Shown: positions 27,009-39,500 of the stretch, in pieces
Layout of the letters: each line of letters opens with the position of its first letter
Position numbering within the stretch: position 1 is the stretch's first letter
Source of the DNA: Trichosphaerium sp. ATCC 40318
Lineage: Eukaryota > Protista > Tubulinea
Assembly (NCBI GenBank): GCA_038496445.1
Contig: JALMLS010000514.1
Coordinates: 186,001-250,000 of the forward strand
Direction: 5' to 3'
Length of the DNA: 64,000 nucleotides
Translations under genes and position numbers: made by a program
Notes under the pieces: generated by a model
The model's database searches: none
What the model was told of the DNA's origin: nothing
The model's input: only the letters and a program-made list of their open reading frames with translations

Positions 27009-27846
27009 ATGGCCACACAAAAGCTTGCTGTTGTAGTCGTTGACGACAAATACGAAACCCTCGAGTACCATTATCCTCGATTGCGGTTAAAGGAAGCCGG
27101 TTTCAAGGTATACCTAATTAAATCAGTTAATTATCTATTTCTTCGCGTCATTATACCACGCTCTAATCTCTTGTAGGTTATTGGCCTTGGTCCAAAGCCA
27201 AAAACCACGTACAAATCCAAAGCTGGTTACTGGGCCATTACTGATGACGCCAAGGTGGAAGATATCAACCCAAAAGGTTAAACCGTTTATTCCTGAATAG
27301 TTGCTCTAACGCTTGTCTACAGACGTAGCAGTACTCGTTGTACCTGGTGGTTTTTGTACTGATCGCTTACGTCGCCTGGAGAGCTTCAAGAAGGTGAGTT
27401 TTCGCGTTATTGTGTATTTGCGCTTACTGTCCTCTCTAGTTCACTCGCGAATGTGTTGAAGCAGGCGCAGTATGTGGTTTTATATGTCACGCTCATTGGC
27501 TACCTATTTCCGCTGGTGTACTCAAAGGTAAGGCTTTTTGATTTAGTACAAAAAAAAAATCAGTTAAAAAAATCTTTGTTTCTGGTTTCTCCGCTTCTGT
27601 TTTGCATGATGCTAACCACTCAACCAGGAAAACGTGTAACATCTTTCTTCGCAATCAAAGATGATATTGTAAACGCAGGAGCCGAATGGGTAGACGAGAA
27701 ATGCGTCGTAGACGGCAATATGTACGTTTCTTTTTTTTTCTTTTTTTTCTCGTTTGGTTCTTACACGATTTCAAAATAGGGTAACCGCTCAGACACCAGA
27801 AGATTTACCAGCGTTTATGAAGGCAATATTAGAACTTGCAAAGTGA
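27009..27846 (+). CDS. PfpI/DJ-1 family (peptidase C56/glyoxalase III-like) protein
   Basis: Spliced product contains YETLEYHYPRLRLKEAG, VVPGG, catalytic ICH, KRVTSFFAIKDDIVNAGAEWVD and TAQTPEDLPAF. Confidence 0.92.
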
Positions 27847-27985
27847 TATTGTAAAAATAAACACTTCAGGTCAATCAATGATTGTTAAACTGCTTTATTA
27901 CGCTACATGTATATCAAGGCCACACGTTCATAGCGACCACTTCGCCTTTTGCGATGTTTTACGTATTGACGCCTGTTGACGTTTA

Positions 27986-30202
27986 ATGACACCTGGGATG
28001 GACGCAATCAGCGCATTACCTGCGGAAGTGCTTACTATAGTAGCTAGCTACTTCAAAACGTATAGTTTACTAGTATTACGCCGTGTGAGTACTCATTGGA
28101 AAGCAATATGCGAGAATTACTGTATTCTAACGTTAAAAATACCAATACAATCAAGTTATCAAAAAAAACGATTGATAAATCAAAAGCTAGCGCAGAAGAT
28201 GGTTCTACCCAATCTAAAAGGTACCACTACTACAAATAACATCCTTTCGAGCGTATTAAAACAACAATGGCGCTATTCAAGCGTTTTGTAACTATCGTAA
28301 CTGACAAAAAAAAGACAATGGAATTGCACGTTGTTTTTGAGTCAACTCTTCTCCCGAGTTACCAGTTTTGACACGTGACAAGATAACCTTTGCGTGTAGT
28401 CTTCGTTATCATTTATTTGATTGTTTGTATAGAGATAATAATAAGACGTGAATGTAACATGCATATCATTGATACAATATTAAGGTTCTGGACATACAAA
28501 AAGATAACAATTCTTGGTCTTTATTTGTTTCCTAAATATGACCTTTCTGATACCTTATCTGGTCTTCTTTTTAAGAATATCAATTCATTACATAATATAA
28601 CAAGTCTGTATATTCAGAGAGGTTCATATTTCGATGATTTAGTCAAGCACAATATCAAATCAATGGAACACTTTACTCAGTTAACAGAACTGAGTTTAAT
28701 TTGCAATCGTGCACTAGTTCTTGAACAAGTATTGATTAATTGTACAAAACTACAACTTCTAGAGGTACGTAATTTCATTGAGTATTAAATTATATGCACT
28801 TGACAAAAAACAAGAGGCCTCACGGGAGCGACTGATAATTCTTTAACGTTTCGTTTCTCAAAAAAAACTTCTTTTGGACTGTAAAATATCACGTGATTGC
28901 TCACATTTTTTTCATACTTTTTTATCGAAGTAGTTGTTAGGACATAAATAGTGTGGCTTTCTAACAAATTATTGTAGCTGTATACGTTTAATAAAGCTGG
29001 TTCCAAGGAGAATTTTGAGTTGATGAACAACAATCTTACAAATCTTACGTCACTTTCAATAAGTAGTGCAGGAGATAACACAATACTAAACAGTGCAATA
29101 AGTCACTTAACATCGCTTAAAAACGTAGAAACATTCACCACATGGTATGTTGTCTTTTAACAAAGCAACCTCGCTTTTGTTGCTACCTCTTTTTTTTACT
29201 TTTTGGACTTATAATTTTCAGGAATAGAGTCTCTAGTGAACACGTCTCACAAATATTTACACAGTTTCCTCAGTTAACGAAAATATCATTGCTAAGTAGT
29301 CAGCAAGACCCTAAAGTTTTACAAAGTTTTGAGGTACAGTACCACAACTGGTTTGACATCACAAAACAAAAGCGAGTACTTAATTAAATGTTGTTTAGAC
29401 TAAAACTCAGATAAAGTCATGTAGTATTTGTATACCTTCAACAGATGTAGACTTTTCTTTTGCTTATACACCATGGCTAACATCTCTCAATGGATTAGAC
29501 ATCAAGGTACAAATGACATATTTCAAGAGATGATTATAGTTTTCTTACAAGTTCTAGTCATTGAGACTTGACCTTGCTTCATTATCGCCATTAACAGACA
29601 TAAACAAAGATATAGCAGAAAAATTTATATCATCGTATAAGCATGTATCATATCTAGACTTGGTTGAGCCGTGTAGAGTAGGCAAGAGTTTGCTTAGTTT
29701 AACAAAATTAACAACATTGAAAATGAAAAATTGGATAAACTTTGATGACATACCATGGTCTATAAGATCACTATCATTAACGAATACTCCTTTTGTTGAT
29801 ACTCATTATGTATATGAATGTAAAATTGGACCATTCACTCATCTTACAAGGCTTCAAAATTTGCAAATTAAAAATACTTCAAAGATTGGTATAAATATAG
29901 CTGAAATCACAAAACAACTGGCTTCAGAAGTACCGACACTCAATTCTCTTTGCTTCATAGGATTTACTGATAAGCACGTGATTTTTTCTTACCTTTTTAA
30001 CTGACTTTCTATTTTTCACGTGATAAAAGTTTTTGTTAATTTGTTGAATAGGTTCTTTTGCTCTAATCTCAAATTATTTACTCATTTGGATACCCTTGTT
30101 TTCAAGAAGTGTACAATTGTTACTCAAGTGTTGAATGTGCTAAGAAGGAGACTACCAAATGTGTCAATAATCTACAACACAGACTACAATAGAGTGCACT
30201 AA
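27986..30202 (+). CDS. F-box + LRR protein, multi-exon
   Basis: ISALPAEVLTIVASYF...LRRVSTHW F-box. LxxLxL repeats (LTELSL, LTSLSI, LTTLKM, LQNLQI). Confidence 0.75.
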
Positions 30203-30486
30203 TTCAGATACAGTCATTTAAAGGTATGGAAGCAATCAGGCAGTAGCCAAGATTGCATTAATGTTATTTTTCTGGCAATAAAAAGCTTACTTAAAGTCAT
30301 GTACTTCTCAGATGTTGTTTCAATTCAATAAATTGACTACATTGCTCCAACAAAATCGTGAAGTACAGAGTTTATTCGGTCAAAAGTCAACGTTGGTTCA
30401 AGGCCGAATGTGAGTATTACAGCCATTGCAAAAAAAACTGTAACCACAAACCTGAAGCCTTTTATCTGTGTAAACAATTGTAATGG

Positions 30487-31659
30487 TTACTGGGACACGA
30501 ATGGTTTTTTGTTTTTCTGAGGCGTTACATATTTATAAGTATCTACTCTAGGTCCAGGAGGGCACACTAATTCTATACAATCTGATTCCCGATCTGTCAT
30601 AGCAAAGAAATTCCATTTCTCGTATTGTTTTTTCTTTAAAGGCATAGTTAATCTACCTATTTGCAAACATTAATAAAATCGTCTTCCTGTGTTGATATAC
30701 AATTCATACCAACTTCAGTTCCATTGAAATAAAATGCTACTTCTCTTTTTTCAAGGTCCATAAGTACACCTATTTTATCACCACTGCTATATGTTGGTAC
30801 AACTTTTCTATCTTCTCGAATGCCTTTCCCCAAATACTCAAAAGTATACCTGCACTATAAAAGGGTTAAAAATGTATGTGGATATTCAAGGTACATACTT
30901 ATCTACATATGCTATTGTATTGGGATGTGTGTTTATACTCCAACCTTCAACCTACAAAGCTACGACTTAAAATCATGACTTTCCTTAACACTTTACTAAA
31001 AATAGGATTTGGATTTATTTTTGTTTTGTACCTTTTGAAGTGCTTCACTGTTATTGGTAACGCCTAACCACATTTCATCGTACATGGAGATGATATTAAA
31101 CTCGATATACCTGACCCCAGCCATCATATCAGGCTTTACAATTGCAATAGTTGCATCTGGGTGATTGCCTTTTTTAATAATTCTATGACAGAATTGTCCT
31201 TCGAAAGTCAAGTGTTGAGCGTTTATCGAAGAGTCGAATTGAAACTCAGTCTTTAAAGGGGTTTTAGTCAAATAGCCGTACAAATGAACCAATACGTACC
31301 ATTGCTTTATACCAGGCTTTCCAACCATTAGTAGACGCATCAATAGGTTCTAATGTTAGAGTTTAGCTTAAATAACTTAAAACAGTCCATACGTGTACAA
31401 TGAGGGCGCCAAATACTATTTTCAGACGCTGCTACGCACCATTGCTTCGAAACTGTTGATATTTGTCCAAGCTTGTTTACTGGTACGAAAGATAGAATGT
31501 GTACAAACATTTCGTATGGTAGTGCTGTATAGAAGAATTAAAAGAGGTAAAAAGAAGAAAATTGCAAAATGGTGCTACAGGACTCTGCTAGCGTCTGCAT
31601 TGTGTTTATTTTGTAAAAATACCATCTAGACTATCTACAGTTTGATCAGGAGCTGCCAT
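30487..31659 (-). CDS. F-box + SPRY domain protein
   Basis: ALPYEMFVHILSFVPVNKLGQISTVSKQW...SIW. SPRY motifs GVRYIEFNI, MWLGVT and YSSGDKIGVLMDLEKREVAFYFNG. Confidence 0.8.
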
Positions 31660-32223
31660 TGTTGCTTATGTTGACGACGCTTTTAAATAAAACTGATTCA
31701 ATGAATGCTATCAACGGTGATATTCTTGTATGTACGTTCACCTAAGTATTAGATTCTACGCGAACAAATTTCAATATTTGCCTTCAGCACGTGTTTACCA
31801 CGTGTGTGTATAGATTAATTTTTAGTTTCACCAGTATTGTTTGGTGAGGAGGATACCTCTACTGAGTACAATATTGCTTTGCTCTACATTACTTGCTTTC
31901 CAATTTCTTTTGTCTGCTTCCATAGTTTGTACTATGATACAACACCAACTTCCATACAGCCTCATATTTCAATATGAAGGTGGTGAATGCAATACAACAG
32001 TCGTTCATTAGGTGTCACAAGCTCGTGAGACAATGCAAAAGAAGTGGAAAAAATTGTCAAAATCCGCCTGAAAAATAAAAAAAGTGCAAGTCGTTAGTCT
32101 ACTTCGTATCAGTTACTCCTTATGAAATGACACGTTTATTTTAGATACACATGTGATGAAAAGGCTGTTGTTGGTTGCATTGAGTTAAAAACCAGCTTGG
32201 TACACTGTTCTGTAATTTGTACT

Positions 32224-32957
32224 TTACTTTTTTTTCAACTCCTTTATCTGCTCCTTTAGTTGTTTTACTTCAGATATCAATGCTTCAAAGCACTTTGTGC
32301 ATCCGAATAGTCCTGCATGTCCATCCCTGAAACAATACTCACAATAGGCTGCTTCTTTACAATAAAGGCACCAAATGACCTTATAGCACTCGTCCGAACA
32401 ACCATAGCACCGATCCCACTTTGAACCTAAGTGATGTTAATCAGTATGGGTATCCGCTGGAATTACACATACATATTGGACATGTTCCAGAAGGGCACAG
32501 ATTAAATGCCACGTGGCATTTAAAACAAGTAAAACCTTTGCAAAACGGCTTATCAAAATATGAATCGTAAATTTCCGTATCGATGTCATATTCTTTTTTG
32601 CAAACCCAACAGTACCTACATAAATCAGGTTTTACAACGTAAGTATAAACATCCAAGGTATACGCACTTGAAAATAAAGCAACACTTCCAGAGTGGAAGG
32701 TGTTTTTCAAAAATATCCAAACGATAGGACCTGCAAGCCTTATGCTCAGCAAAGAATGTGTATGCTTGTTGAAACTTTTTTTTCCAAAAGAGATTACTGC
32801 GAAATAAAGCACTAAACTGCTTGTTTGCGCAACTAAAGCGATCAAGTGCGATTTCATCCAAACTATCAGCAATAAGCATCCACATCTCTGTAGGAAGTTT
32901 ATTAGCGACTAAAGAGCATTTATCGAATGAGGCTCGTTTTTTAGCTTTAGGTTCCAT
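32224..32957 (-). CDS. F-box + Cys-rich (CxxC) protein
   Basis: KLPTEMWMLIADSLD...FSCANKQF...LFWKK F-box. Downstream CWVC, CFKC, CPIC, CYGC, CLYC, CEYC and CTKC, then a short coiled coil. Confidence 0.7.
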
Positions 32958-33584
32958 TGTTTGGCCGCTAGATGCTTTTTTAGTTAAAAGGCAAAGAGAA
33001 CTGCTTTATAATACGCTAAAGAATTTGCCAAATACTTTTCTTGACGTGCTTCTGTAATCTCATCTCTCAGATTGTGCATAGATTGACATGCATTTGCATG
33101 TCATATTCCTAATTTTTTCTGTTTTTTTTCAGTTAAATCCCGAGGCTTCAGCGGAATTAGCGTTGACGTACGTTTGACTGTTTGTATTCTAACTACAATT
33201 AATATCAAGTATATGACGTACGTCATCCTTGAGCGCGGGATCCTACACAGTAAAAAGATGTATTCGGGGTGTTCCACGCTCGTTTTTAGCTTTAGGTTCC
33301 ATTGTTTGACTGCTTAGATGCTGTGTTAGTTGAAGTATTGTAATCAGATATTTCCAACTCATACATGTAATTGTTTTTCGCTTGTAGACCTTGTACTGGT
33401 TCCTATATTGCTACTTACTAATCTTGTTAAGAGTAAACCAGATGCTACAACAGGAAGTCGACTGTAGAAGATGTAGTACGTCTATACAAAGCTGATCAAA
33501 GGGAAAAGTACAAATTTTTTGATAATTTTAATTTATTGTTTATGTACATTTTTCACAGTTATTTTTCTTAGTGGGTCTTTGTAT

Positions 33585-36500
33585 TTACATAGGTGGTTGT
33601 GTTGGTTTCTTTGCAGGTGCAGCCGTCTATTGCGAAATAAAAAATCAGCTTCAGTTCAAGAGAGGAACAAAAAAAACTCAAAAGAAAAAATCAAGCTTGA
33701 TGTTTTGAAAACGTTTGACGACTTTGTCGCTTTTTCCGCTTCAATATCACGTGCGCTCAACGTTAATATAATATATTGTATTAACTATAATAACGTACCC
33801 AAGACCAACCAAAAGTAGGAATAATACTAGCAGGTTGAGCTTCCTGTCTCTTCTTTTTTATAAGCTCCATCTCTTCAGGTGAAAATTGTAAAATCTTTGA
33901 AATTACAGGAAGAAGAGCCTCATGCTTCTCATTTGTCATATAGTTAATAATAACATTCTTTAAATACTCCATATCAGCATTTTCTCTATTACAAGAACGC
34001 TCCAAACGACGTATTTCTTCCTTCAATGCAGATTGTTGCATAGTATGCAAATTAACAAGTTTCTTGCTATCATGGAGTTCAACTTGTAGCTCTTCCAGCT
34101 GACGCCTAAGAACCTGCATCTCTCCATCACGTACTGCCTAAGCAAATTTTTAACCCATATACTGCAACAAAAACAAGAAGGTAAATGAGCGTACTTGAAG
34201 TCGAGCAAAATGTAAAATATCAGAGTTGTCTGGTTTTTCGGATGCATCTTCAGATTGACGTGGAGTTGTAGGTGCACCTGTGACGTCATCAATATATCAC
34301 TTTGTCTTATAAACGTACTAGGTGGTTTAATTTGCATAGAAAGAAGCTCAATACGATCCTTAAGGTTAGCAACTTCTCTATCTTTTGCCTCCATCATCTG
34401 GAATTAAAACTGTTAAAAACACGTGGAAAATGTTTACGAAAAGAATTGTTTAGTGGCGGTTTTTTTACCTTTGCAGCTTGTTCTTTGTACTGTGTTAGCT
34501 GCGTCTGTATGCTACCCATAGCCTCCTCACTCTTTATATTAATTTCAGAGAGTACTAGTAACGATACGTTAAACACAACACTAGAAAATAATAACATACT
34601 CTTCTTATGTTTTTCTTGAAGTTCTGAATATTTTTCTCTAACTTTCAACGTTTTAGCTTTAAGCAAAGCTTCTTTTTGAGCAAAACTGAGTAACCCATGC
34701 TCATGCTTCTTCTCTAAGTCTGAGTGCTGAGTCTTAAGAACTTCTAACTCAGCTTTAGACTTGAGCAAGTCAGCAGTAGAATCATTGAGCACTTGATTAT
34801 CACTAAACACAGAAAGTTATTTAAAAAAATATAAAAAGGGTTTTGTTTACCTCTTCAAACTATCAATCTCAGATGACATAGCAGAAAGCTTTGCACGTAA
34901 TTTCTGTGTCAACATATCATCTTCATCGCCTTCTACATTATCTACTGAAGAATCTATTTCTTCAGCTTGCTTCTGAGCCATTTTTGTTTGTTGTAACATC
35001 GCCGCATTTGCTCGTGCTCTGTATGTCTTGAATTCATGTGCAGTTTTTGCTGATTCCTCCTCAAGGGTACGAAGCTTTGACTCCTAGTTTTAATCATTAG
35101 CACACACAGGTACCTATAGAATACGCTGACATACATAAGCAAGCTCACGCTCTCTTTGAGAGCGAGCTAAAAGTCTAATTTTAGCATCAAGTTCTTCCTT
35201 CAGTTTAGCAGCTACAGCATGATCGATACTGCTCTGAAGCGATCTCTCCATAGTCTCCAAGTCAACTGTTAACTTGTGGTTCTTCTAAATGGTTGCATTA
35301 GCCTGAGGAAAAAACCCAACAAGGATGGAAACATAACAAGAAAAAAAATCAGAACAAAAACGTACTTTTTGATATTGGTTGACTTGTTTCTCACGTTTTT
35401 GAACTTGCTTTCGTAACTCTGTTATAGAATTGTTTGCACGTCCCAAAAGCATACCAAGGCGCTTCATCTTAGCCTCAAGAGCAGTAGCTTTTCCTTTATT
35501 GGCATCTAATTTACAGTTAACAAAGTTGAGCTAAAGGAATATCTATTACCAGCTTCCTGGCTCTCAGCAGCGGTTGTGAGTTCTCTCAAGTTAGCTATCT
35601 GCTTGGTAGCAATACCTAATTCTTGTTCAAGGTTATTAGCCTTAGAAGTAGTCTCCTAGAAGTAATCTTTAGTAACAGAAAGTGAGATAGCTAGAATTGA
35701 ACCTGTAAGTTTGATTTGAGTGCACTCAATGCAGCGTCTCGAGAATTGATGCTATCAGACATCTCTTGGAGTTTATCTTCTGCTTCCTTGAGAAGAGAAT
35801 CTTTCATCTCAAGCAAGTTTTGTAACTACAACAGAGCGTGAGTGTAAAGTAAAACGGGTATTGATTCAAAGAAAAAAGAAATATACGAACCTCAGCAGAG
35901 TCTTTAGGAAGCGTGCTTGACTCTTCAAGCTGCTTCTCCAACTCTTGGATCTTCTCATCATACTCAACCTGAAGCGTTTGAATTTCTTCTATATGCTGCG
36001 CTCTTAGTTGTTGCATCTCGCTTTTTGCTGACTCCAAATGTGTCGCTGATGTTTCCTTGTGAAGTTTATGGTCATTCTTTAATGTCTCAACATGAGTATT
36101 CAAGGATTGAACGTGTTCCTCATGCTTAGCAAGAGTATCTTGGTGAGCAGCATGTAATGCATCAGCACGTGCTTGTTCTTCTCTATGCTTTTGAGATAAC
36201 TCTTCATGAGTTGCTTGTAGAGTGTCATGAACAGCTTGAAGCTCAAGAATTTTGCTTTCGCTTTGCTCTTGTTGTGTACTTGCTTCTTCTCTTGCTTTCT
36301 CAAGTTGGGACTTAACCTTCTTGTATCCCATCTGGAATTTCTTTAAGCTTTCCTTTTTAGCCTGCGCTTCAGCCTGAACGAAACAAGTAAGCAACAAAAA
36401 ACATACAAGTCAAAAAATCTTACAGCCATTTCCTCAGCAGTTTTCTTATGCTTCTCAGACTCAGCTTTAAGTGTTGATAGCTGCTCTTTATGATCATCTA

Positions 36501-39500
36501 ACTGTTTCTGTACTAGTTCCAGTTGAGCCTAGAGGCATAACTTAGATAGTTCTTCATGGAACTTCAAGACCCAAACAAAGAGCTACGAACCTGTGACTCC
36601 TTGATTGCTTTCACATGAGCATTTTTATCTCCTTCAAGCACACTAGACTTATCTTTATGCTCAGCAAGTTCTATCTTGTGAGACTCTAGTTCAGCCTTAT
36701 GCTTCTCAATATCCTTCAACAAAGCAGCTTTGTGCTCTTGTTCACTCTTTATCTCACTATCTAGCTTCTTAGCACGACTTGCTTCTTCTTCAAGACGTTT
36801 TTCCATCGCAGCTTTTTCTGCTAAAGCTTCTTCATGGGCTGTAGTCTTATCTTCAAGCTGCTTCTTGTACTAGAACTCGTATTAGCACAACATCAAGTTA
36901 ATACCCTTTTTTTACCTTGCCAAGAGCTTCTTGGGCTTGACTGAGCAATTGTTTGCGGTTCTCAAGTTTTGATTGTGTTCTTGCTATTTGTTGTTTATGT
37001 TTTTCTTCGAGTGTTTTCATTTCTTCTTCCTTTGCAGTCAATTCTTTAAGAGCTGCAGCTGCACGCTCATCATGTAGCTTCATTTGCTCCTTCAAAGCAG
37101 CTTTTGCTTCTTCTTCAGAGGTCTGAGCGGCAACCAAAGCTTCCTAGAGTTATGTTAAAGCAGAGGTACTTTAGCGCTCATAAAACACTTACTTTAATCT
37201 TTGATATGGCTTCACTTTCTGTGTCTTGAGCAAGCTTTAATTGAGCTTCTAGAGCAACTACACGTTCCTCATGTGCACTAGAGACATCTTGATGAGCACG
37301 TTTGGCAGTTTCTATTTCCTCTGTCATCATAGCTGTGTGTTCTTCCAAAGTCTTTTCAGCGGTCATCAACGCTTCTTTAAGCTGCTTGATTTCTTCTTCT
37401 TGAGATTCTGCTCTGGCTTCAAATTCTTGTACCATGGTTTCATGCGCCTTAGTAGCAACTTCTTTCGCTGTTACGGCTTCATGCAAGAGCTCCTAAAACA
37501 AGTTAGCTCGTAAACCAAAAAAATGAACAAAAAGCACCTTTAATTTGTCAAACTCAACTTTCGCCTTTTCTTTGTCTTGTTGCATCTGTCTCTCTTGTAG
37601 TTTGGTTTTTCCTTCGACTTCATGTAGCTTTATAGATAACTGGGAGTGTTCCTCAGATAGTACTTGATACTTCTCAGAGGCATCTTGAATCTGAGAACGC
37701 ATCTTTTCTTCTTCCTCAGAAGCGCTCTTTTGTGAACTTTCCAAAGTAGATTTGACATTCACAAGCTCGCGCTCCAGTACCTTTAGCTTATCTTCAAGCT
37801 TCTCGGCTTCTTCCTTAGCATTATCCTTATGAACTCTTATTTCTTTTTCTTTATCACGTATTTGCTCTTGAGCAGCTGTTAAAGCATCCTCAGCTTCCTT
37901 GATACGCTCATCAAAATGGGTTTGCTGCACGGATAACTTTTGAGACATATCATCGGCCAACTTTGCCTTCTCTGAAGCATGTTCTTGCTCTGCATTATCC
38001 AATTCACGTTGAAGTTCCTCCAAAGCCTTCTCATGAACATCTTTTTTAGATTCAAAGTCCTTAACGGTTTCTTCAAGCTTAACTTCAGCCTCACCAAGGT
38101 TTTTCTTTGTTCTATCAAGTTCTTCTTCTAAGGTAACACGTTCATTCTTCTCCTTATGTGCTTGCTCTTCTAGTTTCTCAATCTCAGCAACAGAACTAGT
38201 CTTCTCAGCCTCTAATTGATTCCTTAAAGATTCAAGCTCTTCTTGGAGATTATTAAGTGTGTCAAGTTTATCTTGATCCTCGCTCATCTGACCAGACTTT
38301 CGAAGAAAAAAAAATTAGAAATAAGGAACACTTCAAAGCGTTCTTCTTCTTCTAGCTTACCTGCAACTTTTGCAATGCGTATCTAACATCATCGTTCTCT
38401 TTCTTAAGTTCATCTTCACTCTTTTTCTTTTCTTCTTTAATCTCTTCAATGCGACTAATAAGACTTGCAATCTCTTGATCACCATGAATAACTTTACGAT
38501 TTTCTTCTTCAAGTTTATCTTCAAGTGTCCTCACACTAACCTTAACTTCCTCTAACTGCTTCTCTATAGCTTCATACTCTTCTTGAGCCTTCTTAGAAGC
38601 TTCTTCTGCCTCTTCACCTTTTGTAACATGTAAGGCAATCTTCTCATTCAAAGCGGAAACTTCTTGTTCAGAGAACGCAATCTTATTATTCAACTCCTCT
38701 TCCTCAATCTTCCAATCTTTAATCTTTAGTTCTGAAGCTTCTAACTTTCTCTCCAAGTCGTCAACTTGGGTTAAAATACTCTCTTTCTCAGCCTTAAGAC
38801 TTGTAGACTCTTTCTCCATATCGGCAATCTTCTCATTCAAATCTGCAATCTCCTGCTTCGCACCATCAACAGAACGTTGTAGTTCTTCTGTTTGAAGCTG
38901 TAACTGCTTAGACTTAGACTCAGCGTTTGCTGCAATCTCTTTAGTTTCTTGTTGTTGAGCAAGGAGACGTGTTTTCTCCGCTTGAGCAATTGTTTCAAGA
39001 GCTTCAACTTTCAAAGTTAACCCTTCAATTGTCGCATCTTTAGTGGCGAGTTCTTGATTCTCAGAGTTAAGATTAGAAAGCTGATTCTTGTATTCCTCAA
39101 TAGTTTTTTCCAGCTTGGCGTTGTTAGCTTGAGTTTCAACAAGTTTTTTTTTGAAGCTATTAACCTCCGTTTTCGCTGATTCCAGCGCTTCTGATTGTGC
39201 TTTGTATTTTTCCAATTCTTGTTCTCTGGCACTGAGCGTTACTAAAGGTAGCATGAGATACTTGTGTGCAGCTACAACGTTATCATTTACGTAAAAAGAA
39301 AAAGGTAAAACGAATGAAGGTGTTAAAAGCAAAAGGCTTATCTGGGAGTCGAACCCAGGACCTCCCGCTTACTAGGCGGGCGCAATAACCAACTATGCTA
39401 ACAAGCCATTACTGATGACTTTTTACCTAGTACCAAGTCGACCGATCATTTACAACATAACTAATCAATCAAATACAGAGAGATTGGGCTTTTTTCACCA

